Source of the DNA: a virus
Taxonomy: Duplodnaviria; Caudoviricetes
IMG/VR virus record: IMGVR_UViG_3300025168_017853
Location: 1-57,093 of that record
Strand: one strand, 5' to 3'
DNA: 57,093 bases
A program made the position numbers and the translations under genes. Positions within the stretch are counted from its first letter, which is position 1; every line of letters begins with the position of its first letter. Below the pieces are notes generated by a model, which searched no databases, was not told the DNA's origin, and was given only the letters and a program-made list of their open reading frames with translations. Positions 28,159 through 38,746 of the stretch are shown here, one piece after another.

Positions 28159-28734
28159 CTAAATTTCAATGTTGGAGTGGTGTCTTAAACACCTTGCTTC
28201 ATACATATCTTCTCCACCAACTTGAATCACATCAGAGTTTGAAAACTCATCTTTTCTCATTGTGTAAGAAGCATCTGATCCGCAGACAGTACATACTGCC
28301 TTGCATTTTTTTATTTTTGTTGCGTGTCCTAAGAGTGTACATACTTCTTCAAATGAAGAAAGTGAAGAAGAAAGATCTAATGTCGATACTAAAACGTCTA
28401 TTCTTTTATCATAGAAGAAATTCAAACATACATTTGCAATGTCATCAATCATAAAAGCTTCGTCAATCGCTATCGCATCAGGTAACTCTTTATCTTTAAA
28501 AAAATCTAGAATGTCCTGACCTGTACTTATTAAGACACAAGGAACTTTATTTCCTCCATGTGTTACAATAAATCCTTCTTGAGTGTACCTGTTGTCCATC
28601 TTTGGCTTAAAACACACGATATCTTTCTTAGCAAACTTATATCTATCTACCTGCTGAAGTAATCTTGTAGATTTTCCACTAAACATCGGTCCAACATACA
28701 GGTTTAAGTTATGAATCATTTTAGTTGCCACCAT
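28159..28734 (-). CDS. tdk: Thymidine kinase (type II)
   Basis: GPMFSGKST, IDEAF, CTVC...VGGEDMYEARC. Confidence 0.92.
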   Translation of the reverse strand: MVATKMIHNLNLYVGPMFSGKSTRLLQQVDRYKFAKKDIVCFKPKMDNRYTQEGFIVTHGGNKVPCVLISTGQDILDFFKDKELPDAIAIDEAFMIDDIANVCLNFFYDKRIDVLVSTLDLSSSLSSFEEVCTLLGHATKIKKCKAVCTVCGSDASYTMRKDEFSNSDVIQVGGEDMYEARCLRHHSNIEI

Positions 28735-29774
28735 CGAATTGTTTCTTCAAGACCTTCCCAGAAAGTTACCAATGGCTTATAACCCAACTCCGCAGTTGTT
28801 CTCGAAAGATCAGCAAGCGTGTGCTTGACATCGCCTATGCGCTCAGGTGTGTGTTCGACTTTAACATTAAAGTTTTCTTTGAAAAAGTTTAGAATATCAT
28901 TGTTTGACACACTAGTACCACAAGCAACGTTATAACATCTTCCTCTAAACCCAGACGGACCGAATCCGTGCTGATCTGAGTTTGCTGCTAAAATGTTTGC
29001 GTGAACTACATTATCAATGTAGCACATATCTCTTGTTTGCTCGCCATCACCGTCTGACCTTAACGGAAGATTATTTTTTGTAGCATGACACCACGCAGCC
29101 ACTGCTGTAGAGTAAGGTGAGTCACCTAGCTGACCCGGCCCGAAGACGTTAAAGTACCGAAGGCACACAATGTCAATATCATAAAGATCGCATGCCATTT
29201 TTGCGTAGTCTTCTATAGCAAACTTTTGCCAAGCATATGGTGATTTAGGAAGAATTCTTCCGCGCTCGTATTCATGTGTGGGCCTTGACTCTGCTCCGCC
29301 ATACACAGAAGAAGATGAAGCCCAAACAATTCTTTTGACATGACCTGCCGCAGCTTCAAAAAGCATAACTGTTTTTAATATATTTTCAGAAGTTGTTTCT
29401 GAAGGATTTTCAACAGAGTATGAAACTCTAGGAATTGCAGCTTCATGAAATATTACATCGTAGCTGTCGAAAGTAATATGGTCTAACATTCCTTGTGATG
29501 CCAGGTCATCTTGTATTACAAGAATTGTGTCTTTTCCTCTTTCTTCAAATTGAACAGGTGACACATTTGCTTGTCCGGTTGGGCCAAGCGATCTATAAAA
29601 ATGAGAAATAAAGTCACTGCTAGGAAGTACTCTTGTTTTTTGATCAGCAAGCGATTCTAGACTGCCGCCTGTCATGTTGTCAACAACGTCGACAAGCCAC
29701 CCTTCCGATACTAGTTTTTTTGCAATGCTGGATCCAATAAACCCACAGCCACCTGTAACTAAAGCCCTTTTCAT
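28716..29774 (-). CDS. NAD-dependent NDP-sugar epimerase/dehydratase (extended SDR)
   Basis: TGGCGFIG, SSSSVYG, YAWQK, LRYFNVFGP, RDMCY. Confidence 0.92.
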   Translation of the reverse strand: MKRALVTGGCGFIGSSIAKKLVSEGWLVDVVDNMTGGSLESLADQKTRVLPSSDFISHFYRSLGPTGQANVSPVQFEERGKDTILVIQDDLASQGMLDHITFDSYDVIFHEAAIPRVSYSVENPSETTSENILKTVMLFEAAAGHVKRIVWASSSSVYGGAESRPTHEYERGRILPKSPYAWQKFAIEDYAKMACDLYDIDIVCLRYFNVFGPGQLGDSPYSTAVAAWCHATKNNLPLRSDGDGEQTRDMCYIDNVVHANILAANSDQHGFGPSGFRGRCYNVACGTSVSNNDILNFFKENFNVKVEHTPERIGDVKHTLADLSRTTAELGYKPLVTFWEGLEETIRWWQLK

Positions 29775-29842
29775 TTAATCTCCTTGATAGTATATGATCT
29801 TGTACTTATTACAATCTTACAAAGTTAAGAAAGTTATTACAA

Positions 29843-30763
29843 TCATTTGTCAACTATAATATGCCCAGAACCTATTTTTAAATTAATTTTGCACATTTTA
29901 ATGTCGCTACATTCTGACAGTCTTGAAAAAACATCTCTTGTAAGTGACTTGATAAAATTCATATCATACGGGAGTGTCTGCTTTGTCTCTGAAGACCTTA
30001 GGTAGAACTGCCCATATAGAAACTCATTTCTTAGTACAAAGTGGCACAGAGATAAACAGGAGTCATCTGTGTATATAAAACGACGTGACTCATGAGTTTC
30101 AATTCTATTGTATTCATTTATCCCTAATAATTCTGCATCAATCTTTTTTAATAACTGTCTTCTTATTTTGTCATAATATACTTTTTCTTTTTCATATCTA
30201 AGCATTTCTTCAGACACATCTTCAAAAGACCCGCTGTCATAGTGTGTTATAGACATGCCGATTTTTTCTAAAGATTCTTCACAGGCTGCAGATGTCATAA
30301 ACATATTTGAAAGACTGTGAAATTCTCTTCTTTGAAAATGAGATCTAAGATTGTGGCAGATGTAAGCAACCATGTTTTTGTCAATTTCTGTTTTTACTGT
30401 TATGACATTGGGATAGCTTTCAAGCTCTTCTGCAGCTTCTACAAAAAGATCATAAACTTTTTTTAGCGAGATTAAGTTTTGAATCTCGTCACCTCGCTTA
30501 TTAAATCTTTCTGCAATTACATTCCACTCAGGTAAAAGAAGAATCATAACATTGTTCAAGTTTGATAGTTCTGTCTTGAGTGCTTCGACGTGAAAATAAT
30601 CGCTTCTTCCGTATAACCTTGCGTAAACAACCATAGAAAGTGCAGATCGATCTTGAACGTTCCAGCAATAGTCAGTTTTTTCATGAATCATCTGATATAG
30701 GGTTGTCTTTCCACTCAGGTCAGGACCTTCAAGGCTAATCTGGTTAATAGGTGTTATTCTCAT
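29843..30763 (-). CDS. dNMP kinase fused to thymidylate-synthase-fold (dCMP hydroxymethylase-like) domain
   Basis: N-term [12 protein letters not shown]-loop and DR motif; C-term SRR...[12 protein letters not shown]...YLRSSE....LPYD. Confidence 0.7.
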   Translation of the reverse strand: MRITPINQISLEGPDLSGKTTLYQMIHEKTDYCWNVQDRSALSMVVYARLYGRSDYFHVEALKTELSNLNNVMILLLPEWNVIAERFNKRGDEIQNLISLKKVYDLFVEAAEELESYPNVITVKTEIDKNMVAYICHNLRSHFQRREFHSLSNMFMTSAACEESLEKIGMSITHYDSGSFEDVSEEMLRYEKEKVYYDKIRRQLLKKIDAELLGINEYNRIETHESRRFIYTDDSCLSLCHFVLRNEFLYGQFYLRSSETKQTLPYDMNFIKSLTRDVFSRLSECSDIKMCKINLKIGSGHIIVDK

Positions 30764-31851
30764 CTTACAAATACTCCGTTAAACTGCTGAGTTACTCTAA
30801 CAAAGGTGGTGCACTTGCTAAGTTGTTTTAAAGAAGAAGCACCCACGTATGTGCATGTAGATCTTAACCCACCAAGTAGATCTTTTACAGTATCATCAAC
30901 ACTTCCCTTATACGGAACTTCAACTGTCCTACCCTCTGAGGCTCTGTAGGCAGCTACGCCGCCTTTGTGCTTTTTCATTGCTGTATCGGAGCTCATTCCA
31001 TAAAATTGAACAAACTTCTTTGTCTCAACAACTGGCTTAAGAAGAGATCCATCAATATCAACTTCGTACTGGTGTGTCTTAAATTTCTTTTCGATTATTT
31101 CTCCGCCGCCTTCATCGTGACCTGAAAACATTCCGCCCATCATAACAAAGTCTGCGCCTGCTGCGAAAGCCTTTGCAACGTCTCCCGGGCATGTACACCC
31201 ACCATCAGCAATGATATGCCCGCCTAAGCCGTGTGCTGCGTCAGCGCATTCTATGATTGATGAAAGCTGTGGGTATCCTACTCCTGTCTTAATACGTGTC
31301 GTACAGACGCTACCTGGCCCAATTCCAACTTTGACAATATCAGCTCCTGCAAGAATTAGTTCTTGAGTCATGTCAGCAGTGACAACATTTCCAGCAATAA
31401 GTGTTATATTCGGATTTCTTTCTTTAAAGCGTCTTACAAAGTCAACAAAATATTCTGAATATCCGTTTGCTACATCAATACACACAAACTTTATGTCTGC
31501 CTCGTAGCTGTCGATGATATTCTGAGTTTGTTCTAGATCTGAAGTTGATATACCTGTAGATATAATAGTAGTTGACGAGACTAATGATTTGCCATTTTCA
31601 GCATAGTCGTCTCGATTGTATGACTTTATTAGGCATGTCATGAGACCATGCTTGTTTAGTGCACTTGACATGTCAAATGTACCTACACCATCCATGTTTG
31701 CAGCAATAATTGGTATGCCTTCCCATACCGTGCCATTTCTAAACGTGTATTCTCTTTTGAGAACTACATCTTTTCTACTCCTAGCCTCTGACCGCTTGGG
31801 TCGAATTAACACGTCTTTAAAATCTAATTTTAAATCCTCTTCAATCCTCAT
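30760..31851 (-). CDS. guaC: GMP reductase
   Basis: [49 protein letters not shown]. Confidence 0.95.
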   Translation of the reverse strand: MRIEEDLKLDFKDVLIRPKRSEARSRKDVVLKREYTFRNGTVWEGIPIIAANMDGVGTFDMSSALNKHGLMTCLIKSYNRDDYAENGKSLVSSTTIISTGISTSDLEQTQNIIDSYEADIKFVCIDVANGYSEYFVDFVRRFKERNPNITLIAGNVVTADMTQELILAGADIVKVGIGPGSVCTTRIKTGVGYPQLSSIIECADAAHGLGGHIIADGGCTCPGDVAKAFAAGADFVMMGGMFSGHDEGGGEIIEKKFKTHQYEVDIDGSLLKPVVETKKFVQFYGMSSDTAMKKHKGGVAAYRASEGRTVEVPYKGSVDDTVKDLLGGLRSTCTYVGASSLKQLSKCTTFVRVTQQFNGVFVR

Positions 31852-32206
31852 ATTTCCTCACTATGAAATTTTTTTCTATGTATTCGTGTGTCATTTCGCT
31901 TAAACCGTGCCCTGTCAAAATAGTGTAAGACCGGTTCCACTTCTTTTTTCCACCTTTTTTATCGATAACAACACCACAAAAGTTTACCTTGTCTCCAACA
32001 TGCATCTCTTTTAAGTTGATCAGCAAAAAAGTTAAGACGTTTCCTGGCTCAAACAAGGTATGCTCAGCATCACTGCGAAAGCTGTATCTAATTTTAGCAA
32101 GTCTTTTTTCTGACTTCTTAATCTTCTTTTTTCTCTTTTTATTTGACAAGTGGGCGTACTTTCGTAGCGCTCGTTGAAGCTCCCCAATTGGGGTCGTTTG
32201 ATGCAT
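31841..32206 (-). CDS. Hypothetical protein (true start probably near 32148)
   Basis: Fills the gap between dnaE and guaC. Confidence 0.5.
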   Translation of the reverse strand: MHQTTPIGELQRALRKYAHLSNKKRKKKIKKSEKRLAKIRYSFRSDAEHTLFEPGNVLTFLLINLKEMHVGDKVNFCGVVIDKKGGKKKWNRSYTILTGHGLSEMTHEYIEKNFIVRKYED

Positions 32207-35200
32207 TAGTTAACCATATTGTGTAGGGTTGCATGGACTTAGGAATCTGGCCCCAGACACGAAGCCAGCCTGTATTACTTTCCTCATCTGTTATCTTAAC
32301 ACGATAGAAGGTCTTTTTATTCTTTGTAGTCTTTTTAATTGTCTCGACAACGCAGAACCAAGCAATACCTTTTTCTCCAGGGTCCATCTGAAGCACTGAT
32401 TTTACATTGGCACTTTGAATCTTTGTCATGAGCTCATCAGGAAATGCCAAGTCGTCACGTGTTGCAGAACACATTTCCTGGTACATTTGAAGCTTTTCAA
32501 TACGTGACCAGTCTTCTGTGTCTTGAGTTTCTTCAATAAGTTTTGGTAAAACAGGTTCAGCATCTCGCTTCTTAGCTTGACGAAGTGTCATTCCAAACTT
32601 ACTCTTTTTAAGTATTTCATAGTTTTCAATAATGATTTTGTGAAGTTGTCTGTGATTTTGAATTTCACCTTTCCACACTTCTTCAAGTACATCTAGTGCT
32701 TCAACTGAACAGAGTGCAGCAAAACCAGTCTTGTTAAGTTTGGAGTGATACCACTTGCCTTCTTCGTTGTAAAGCATTTGATTGAGTGATGTATAAGGGC
32801 GATTTTCAAAGATTTCTTTTACAGCGTTTTTGCCAAGACCTTTGATAGATGTTAGCGGCGGAATAAATGATTTCTTGTTTTCAGACCAAGCCCACTCAAT
32901 GCTTGACTCATTAATGTCTGGTGTACTAACATTATACCCCATTGCTTTAATTTCAGAAATTGCTTTTGATAGATTTTTAGGGCTTCCGTTTTCAGACTCA
33001 AGAATTGTACCAAGCCAGTCTGTTTCATAGTACGTGTGCAACCACCCAGCATAATAAGAACCGATAGCGTAAGCGACTGCGTGGGATTTGTTGAAGCCGT
33101 AAACTGAGAAGAATTCAATTCTTTCCCACAACTCTTGTGAGACATGCTCAGGAACGCCGTTGATTTCTTTGGCGCCTGTAACAAACTTAACTCTTGCTTC
33201 TTCTCGTTCATCACCCTTCTTGCCCATTGTGTCAAGAGATTTCTTGACAAGCGTTTTTCGAAGCTTGTCAGATTCGGCAGGGGTAAAACCGCCTAGTTTC
33301 TGTGCCAAAAGCATGAACTGTTCCTGGAAAGTAACGTGACCAAACGTTGGTCCAAGAATTTCCTTGATGATCGGGTGGGCATATTCAATCTTGTCAGCGC
33401 GAGCCTTATCTTTAACATACTTCTTGTGAACGTTAGCACGAAGAGGACCCGGTCTGTAGATTGCAGTCAATGCAGCAAGTTCAATAATCGCTGTGGGCTT
33501 AGCATCTTCGCAGAATCGTCGAGCACCCTCAGCTGTGAATTGAAAGACACCTACTTTGCGTCGCTGGTGATATACGTGTTTCCAGACTTTAGGATCTTCC
33601 TGCTCAACATAGCGGCAATTAATCTTTTTATCAAACCAGTCTCGAATTTCAATAAAGGTCGGCTCTTTTCCTGCTTCTCGAGTAAGAATGCGCCGAATGC
33701 AGTTTTCAACGTCCTTGAGAAGAGTAAGTCCTAAGAAGTCAAACTTAATAAATCCGTTATCTTCAAGGTTACGGAAGTTCATACCCTCAGTCCATGGAGT
33801 CTGCAGTTCGCCACGAACGCCGATAATAGGCATGGACTTTGCAAGTTCTTCTGCTGGACCGATAATAACACCACCTGCGTGGCGACCGATTGAACGATTC
33901 TGCATAAAGAGTGCTTCGATATGATCCTTCACCTTAGGGTATTTTTCCATAAAGTCAATATACTTCTTAGAGTACTTCATACAGTCTTCGTGCTTGAGAA
34001 CAAACACGGATTTCTCAGTGTTTTCATCCCGAGCTTGTGACATAACTTCATCTTGAAGAGGACCTGTCATCTTATTAACTTCGGCAAAGTCAATTTGATA
34101 GAACTTTGCAATGTCTTTTACGAGTGACTTGAGCTTAAGCGTGTTAAAGTTAGAAACAGGAATGACTGACTCAAACCCGTAAAGTTCGCGGGCAGCATTA
34201 ATTAGCGCATCTCGATCGCCGGCGTCAGAGTCAATATCTGGCCATGACGTACGGTGACGGCCGAGGAAGCGCTCCCAAAGTAAATCGTACTTAAGTGGAT
34301 CAACCTGTGTAATACCAAGCAGATAATTGACTAGACTGCCGCCGCCAGAACCACGTGCAGCACCAAAGAGTGTGTGATCTGCTGCCTTGTGGAAGACTTC
34401 GTTCATGACAAGGAAATAATTTTCAAATCCAAGAAACTTAATGTCAGCTAGCTCCATCTTTGCACGATCAACATATTCTTCGTTTTTGTGAAGCCCTTCT
34501 GTTACAAGAGCTTTCTTAACTTTTTGTGCCAATTGCTGAAAAGCAGTTTGATCTGGGTTGTTAAAATCAGGTAGCTTAACGCTAGTATCAATCCAACAGT
34601 CAGTGCACTTATCCCAAGCAATATCATGCGTTCTTTCAATTGATTCTTTAACGACTTGCTCATAACCTTCATACGTTTCTTTATACTCATCGTAGTGCCT
34701 TGTAAATTCATCCCACATTTGCTGTGCGTTTTTCGGGTAAAGCTCACACTTAAGATCTTCAAACTCAGGAAGCGGTGAAGGATCGTTACCCATCCACCCT
34801 AGCTTTTTGTAAAGCTCGCGGGCTTCCCACTTGTTTGGGTTGTAATAATGAGAATCAGGAGTAGCTACTAAGTTAATTCCTGTTGCTGCTGAGTGCCTAA
34901 GTAAGTGATGATTTACGAGGTGTTGCTGTTTTAGTCTGTTAAATTGAATTTCTAAGTAGAAGTTATCTTCGCCGACTGCATCAACAAACCTGTCTGATAG
35001 ACCAAGTAGTTCTGCTTGGATCTCAGCGTCTGATTTCTTAAGTGCGTTGCCTCTCATAATCCTATTCGAGAAAATACCACCTAAGCAAGCTGTGGAAACA
35101 TTAAGACCTTTTCCGTGCTGCTTGAGCATGTCAAAGTCAATGCGTGGGTATCGATAGAATCCCTCTGTGTACGCACGTTTAATCAATGTAAACAAATTGC

Positions 35201-35654
35201 CTAAACCTTCACGGTCTTGTGCAGTGATTACCAGATGATAACGTCGTTTCCATTCGTCCTTGTTGACATCGACTGTCTTTGTCTCATCTTCATTCTCGAT
35301 GACGTGACCTGCGTCTGCGTCTTCCTTGAGTGCACGCTGCTTTGCGAGTGCCCGGTCGATTTTTGACTGCTCATAATCATCCTTCCAGCCAGCAAGTGAA
35401 GGCACAAAGTAGAATTCACAGCCGTAAATCTGTCGATACTTGCGGCCACTTTTTTGTATTTTGGCTGCATGCTTGTGAGCGTGTGCTAATCCGCTACCAT
35501 TTCCGTGATCTGTTAATCCCCAAGCATCCATACCGTTTTCAAGAACGAAGTCGATGTGATCTTTGGGGTAACCTAGACCGTCAAAAACTGAAAAACCTGT
35601 GTGACCGTGAAGGCCGACGAAACGTGTGGGCGGCTTGATATCAAATATGCTCAT
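32139..35654 (-). CDS. dnaE: DNA polymerase III alpha subunit (family C)
   Basis: PHP LHGHTGFSVFDG; RGSGGGSLV; PDIDSD; KFDFLGL; YGFNKSH; start set at MSIFDIK (35654), which has an AGGAG SD. Confidence 0.95.
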   Translation of the reverse strand: MSIFDIKPPTRFVGLHGHTGFSVFDGLGYPKDHIDFVLENGMDAWGLTDHGNGSGLAHAHKHAAKIQKSGRKYRQIYGCEFYFVPSLAGWKDDYEQSKIDRALAKQRALKEDADAGHVIENEDETKTVDVNKDEWKRRYHLVITAQDREGLGNLFTLIKRAYTEGFYRYPRIDFDMLKQHGKGLNVSTACLGGIFSNRIMRGNALKKSDAEIQAELLGLSDRFVDAVGEDNFYLEIQFNRLKQQHLVNHHLLRHSAATGINLVATPDSHYYNPNKWEARELYKKLGWMGNDPSPLPEFEDLKCELYPKNAQQMWDEFTRHYDEYKETYEGYEQVVKESIERTHDIAWDKCTDCWIDTSVKLPDFNNPDQTAFQQLAQKVKKALVTEGLHKNEEYVDRAKMELADIKFLGFENYFLVMNEVFHKAADHTLFGAARGSGGGSLVNYLLGITQVDPLKYDLLWERFLGRHRTSWPDIDSDAGDRDALINAARELYGFESVIPVSNFNTLKLKSLVKDIAKFYQIDFAEVNKMTGPLQDEVMSQARDENTEKSVFVLKHEDCMKYSKKYIDFMEKYPKVKDHIEALFMQNRSIGRHAGGVIIGPAEELAKSMPIIGVRGELQTPWTEGMNFRNLEDNGFIKFDFLGLTLLKDVENCIRRILTREAGKEPTFIEIRDWFDKKINCRYVEQEDPKVWKHVYHQRRKVGVFQFTAEGARRFCEDAKPTAIIELAALTAIYRPGPLRANVHKKYVKDKARADKIEYAHPIIKEILGPTFGHVTFQEQFMLLAQKLGGFTPAESDKLRKTLVKKSLDTMGKKGDEREEARVKFVTGAKEINGVPEHVSQELWERIEFFSVYGFNKSHAVAYAIGSYYAGWLHTYYETDWLGTILESENGSPKNLSKAISEIKAMGYNVSTPDINESSIEWAWSENKKSFIPPLTSIKGLGKNAVKEIFENRPYTSLNQMLYNEEGKWYHSKLNKTGFAALCSVEALDVLEEVWKGEIQNHRQLHKIIIENYEILKKSKFGMTLRQAKKRDAEPVLPKLIEETQDTEDWSRIEKLQMYQEMCSATRDDLAFPDELMTKIQSANVKSVLQMDPGEKGIAWFCVVETIKKTTKNKKTFYRVKITDEESNTGWLRVWGQIPKSMQPYTIWLTNASNDPNWGASTSATKVRPLVK

Positions 35655-35672
35655 TATACTCCTAAAGTAAAT

Positions 35673-35711
35673 CCTCATGTTTATTATAAAACATGAGGCT
35701 TAAGTTTACAC
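35673..35711 (-). promoter_or_regulatory. Class-A promoter GTGTAAA-N16-TATAAT with the -10 in a hairpin loop
   Basis: CCTCATGTTT-TATAAT-AAACATGAGG perfect 10-bp stem around the -10. Confidence 0.65.
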
Positions 35712-35730
35712 TCTGCTAAAAAGTTTACTA

Positions 35731-36747
35731 CTAATAAAAATCCGTCAAATCAACACCTTTTTCTTTTGCTTCTTCAAGATGTTCGAGTGGGTTGTAATCT
35801 TTACTCTCTTTGATTTCTTTGACAGTTCGCCTAATACCCACCTCAAGAGATATTTTAGGCTCCCATCTTGAGTACCTTCGAAACTTAGCTGAAGAGAGCC
35901 TGTGATTACCTAGATAGTCTGTCTTAGGGTGCCATTCAAGAACTTCTTCGATACCTTCGCCTCCTAGTTCTTCCACAAGTATTTTTTGTAGCATATTCAT
36001 GATTTCACCTGTATTTAGCGGAGTCTCGGAGGCAACATTCCAGTCATCATTCCATAATCCTTGTTTAATTGCTGTTAAAACAGCATCACAGTAATCATCA
36101 ACATGCATGTAATCTTTAATCTTCTCTTGATCAAGAAACATATCGATGCCTTTCTTTCCGTTTAAATAGCCAAAAGTTGTCTTAGCAATAAGTGAATTCA
36201 TGTCGCCTACGCCTCCGTAAGCAAAAAGTGGCCGAACAATCATCCACTTCTTCCCTGTCTGGCTTTTGACAATATCTTCAGCACAAAGTTTTTGACAGCC
36301 ATAGAGTGTTGTTGGACCTTTAATTGAAGTCTCAGTTATAGATGCGTCTTGATACTTAGCAACGTCATATATGACAGTTGTGCCCATGTAACATACAGGA
36401 ATACCTAAGCGCTTTGCTGCCCGACAAATATTATAAGTGCCTGCTACATTGGTAAGTGTTGCTTCTGTGGGATTTAGCGCGACGACATCAGTTCCTACCG
36501 TCGCAGCATTATGAATAACAACTTCTGTTTTTGTCCTAAAGAAGAATTCTACCCAATGTTCAATTGAGTTTCTGTGAACACAAAGCTCTTCTTCTTCGTG
36601 AAAAGTATACTTAAGATTAGCTTTCTCTATAAAGTCGAAGTGCGTCGCAACTGTTGAAGACGGTATATGTGAAAACTCAAACTCTGGAAGTTTTTTAACA
36701 AGGTTTCTTCCAATAAAACCTTTTTCACCTGTGATGAATATTTTCAT
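35731..36747 (-). CDS. NAD-dependent epimerase/dehydratase (extended SDR)
   Basis: TGEKGFIG, HNAA, YGCQK, KDYMHVDD. Confidence 0.88.
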   Translation of the reverse strand: MKIFITGEKGFIGRNLVKKLPEFEFSHIPSSTVATHFDFIEKANLKYTFHEEEELCVHRNSIEHWVEFFFRTKTEVVIHNAATVGTDVVALNPTEATLTNVAGTYNICRAAKRLGIPVCYMGTTVIYDVAKYQDASITETSIKGPTTLYGCQKLCAEDIVKSQTGKKWMIVRPLFAYGGVGDMNSLIAKTTFGYLNGKKGIDMFLDQEKIKDYMHVDDYCDAVLTAIKQGLWNDDWNVASETPLNTGEIMNMLQKILVEELGGEGIEEVLEWHPKTDYLGNHRLSSAKFRRYSRWEPKISLEVGIRRTVKEIKESKDYNPLEHLEEAKEKGVDLTDFY

Positions 36748-36847
36748 TTTGCCTCGCTTTAAGATATATTACCAATTTTGGAATACTTTTTCAAAATTAC
36801 TATCTCTAGAGAATCATCAATCCAGAAAAAGTCTTTACAAGATTAAA

Positions 36848-37810
36848 TTACGCAAAAGAAGTTTTTGATTTTTTAGTGCGAATGCTAGTTGGTACACCTT
36901 TGTAGTTTAGTTGTGTTTCGTATTGCAGAAGAAGAGGTTCTAGTGCAGCTGCAGCATTGCCATCAAAACCTGAAAACACATAGTCTAAGAACATTTTAAA
37001 CGACTTGTATGTGTTAGCAATGGTAGGAATGGCCTCTTCAAAATCTGATTTTTGATGCCCTGGTTGTCTAAACACATTAAAGTCATACTGGTCAACTATG
37101 GTGAAGGTGCCATCTGATTGTGGGTATGCTGTGCAATTTCCAAAAAATGATGAAAGTTGCCCGATTATATTGTCAGAATTTGGTTTGTGAATCTGAAAAC
37201 CGAAACCGTATGTTGGCATGCCATCAGAAACTTTTTTGTAATCTTTATAAGTGATTAAAAATTTCTTGTTTGGCCTGCCTAATCTTTTGTGCACTTTTTC
37301 GGCGACTTTTTGCATCCCTTCCTTAGCATTAGAAGCAGCAATTTTAAGCTCTTTAGACCTAAGCATTATAAATGACATTAGTATTAGATAATGAAGCGGT
37401 ATTCCTGTTACTTTCTGCAAAAAAGAAGTAGGTATTAAATCTAAAGTTCCCGATCTTGAAATCTGAGTCAGTTTTTTAATTGCTGACCCAACAGTTGTCG
37501 TAATGATGTTACCTTCTTTTCTCGCATTTTCTAGGTCAATTTTATTTTTAGTGTCGTATGTCTCAAAATCTTCTTCCTGGCTTTCTTCAAACTCTCTTCC
37601 AAACTTATCGTAAGCAATTTCTAGCCCTGCCCAGCTTGCGGCACCTGATTTCTTAGTAATGTCTATATCTTTTTCTTTTGAAGCAGCAGGCTCGTTGTCG
37701 AGCATCCAGGATCTAAATTCGTCAGACTTTTTTTGATTGCTAACGTATGGATATTCTTCTTTTATCAAGTCTTCAATTAAAATTTTCAAATCTAATCTTT
37801 TAATTTTCAT
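36848..37810 (-). CDS. Hypothetical protein with MKI-type leader
   Basis: MKIKRLDLKILIEDLIKEE. Confidence 0.8.
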   Translation of the reverse strand: MKIKRLDLKILIEDLIKEEYPYVSNQKKSDEFRSWMLDNEPAASKEKDIDITKKSGAASWAGLEIAYDKFGREFEESQEEDFETYDTKNKIDLENARKEGNIITTTVGSAIKKLTQISRSGTLDLIPTSFLQKVTGIPLHYLILMSFIMLRSKELKIAASNAKEGMQKVAEKVHKRLGRPNKKFLITYKDYKKVSDGMPTYGFGFQIHKPNSDNIIGQLSSFFGNCTAYPQSDGTFTIVDQYDFNVFRQPGHQKSDFEEAIPTIANTYKSFKMFLDYVFSGFDGNAAAALEPLLLQYETQLNYKGVPTSIRTKKSKTSFA

Positions 37811-38619
37811 CTTTTACCTCTTAGTATTTTTTGAATTACATCGTCAAGCCAGAAAATATGAAAGGAGCTTAGGTCATTCTTAGATGTTATTTTCCACTTT
37901 CTTCTAACTATATATTTAGAGAAAAGACCTTTTTCTTGCATAGCACTAAAAACCCCCTCTTTTAACTCTAAAATAGTAATTTCTCCTAGCTTGATGCGGG
38001 TACTGACATTATTCATGTGAAAGTTTGTAACAATCTCGCACTCGTGGTACGTCTTACCTGATTTATCTACTTTTTTTCTAACGTACAAAATAGAAGCACC
38101 GTTCAGAGCTAAAGCGACTCTTGAAGAGTCAGACGAGTGCTCAGCTCTAGTCCAGTTTAAATAAAAGCTAGAAGTTTTTCTTTGTGAATCAATATGCTTT
38201 TCTATGTAACCTCTAACTTTTTCAGATTTCATGGCGAAGTCTGACTGTATCGTTATGTCATGACTTTTTATCTTTGCTGGAATGGCAAAGTAAATCATTT
38301 CAAAACCTGTTTGTGGGTAACCTGCGAGCGACCCAATTGAAGACATAAGAAAAGTAATATTGTATACACCAGCTACATTCAGCGGAGTATACTGATTTTG
38401 TTGTGCTTTGTTGTTAAAATCTTGTGATATTTGATTCCATTCAAAGAAAGAAAAAGGCAAGAGAACTAAAAAATACGTTAATAAAAAAAATCTTTTAAAA
38501 TTATTGTTTTTAAAGAAGTAGTGTAAAAAAAATCCGCCTAAAACCCAAAGCATAGAAGTCATGAACAAATCTAAAGATAGTGCAGAAAACAATGCATAAA
38601 ACCATGCAAAAAGTAACAT
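37807..38619 (-). CDS. Membrane protein
   Basis: N-terminal hydrophobic helices followed by a soluble domain; AGGAG SD. Confidence 0.7.
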   Translation of the reverse strand: MLLFAWFYALFSALSLDLFMTSMLWVLGGFFLHYFFKNNNFKRFFLLTYFLVLLPFSFFEWNQISQDFNNKAQQNQYTPLNVAGVYNITFLMSSIGSLAGYPQTGFEMIYFAIPAKIKSHDITIQSDFAMKSEKVRGYIEKHIDSQRKTSSFYLNWTRAEHSSDSSRVALALNGASILYVRKKVDKSGKTYHECEIVTNFHMNNVSTRIKLGEITILELKEGVFSAMQEKGLFSKYIVRRKWKITSKNDLSSFHIFWLDDVIQKILRGKR

Positions 38620-38636
38620 TCTTTCTCCTTTTAAAT

Positions 38637-38665
38637 ATTATACTTTTTTTAACACGTCTTTGCAC
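38637..38665 (-). promoter_or_regulatory. Class-A promoter GTGCAAA-N16-TATAAT
   Basis: Matches the recurring motif. Confidence 0.65.
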
Positions 38666-38669
38666 ACAA

Positions 38670-38698
38670 AAAACACTTCTTTGTCAAAGAAGTGTTTT
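38670..38698 (-). terminator. Intrinsic terminator-like hairpin
   Basis: AAAACACTTCTTTG / CAAAGAAGTGTTTT inverted repeat. Confidence 0.75.
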
Positions 38699-38746
38699 AA
38701 AATCACAGTGATACGAGCTAGCGTTGACGAGGCATAATTAATATTT

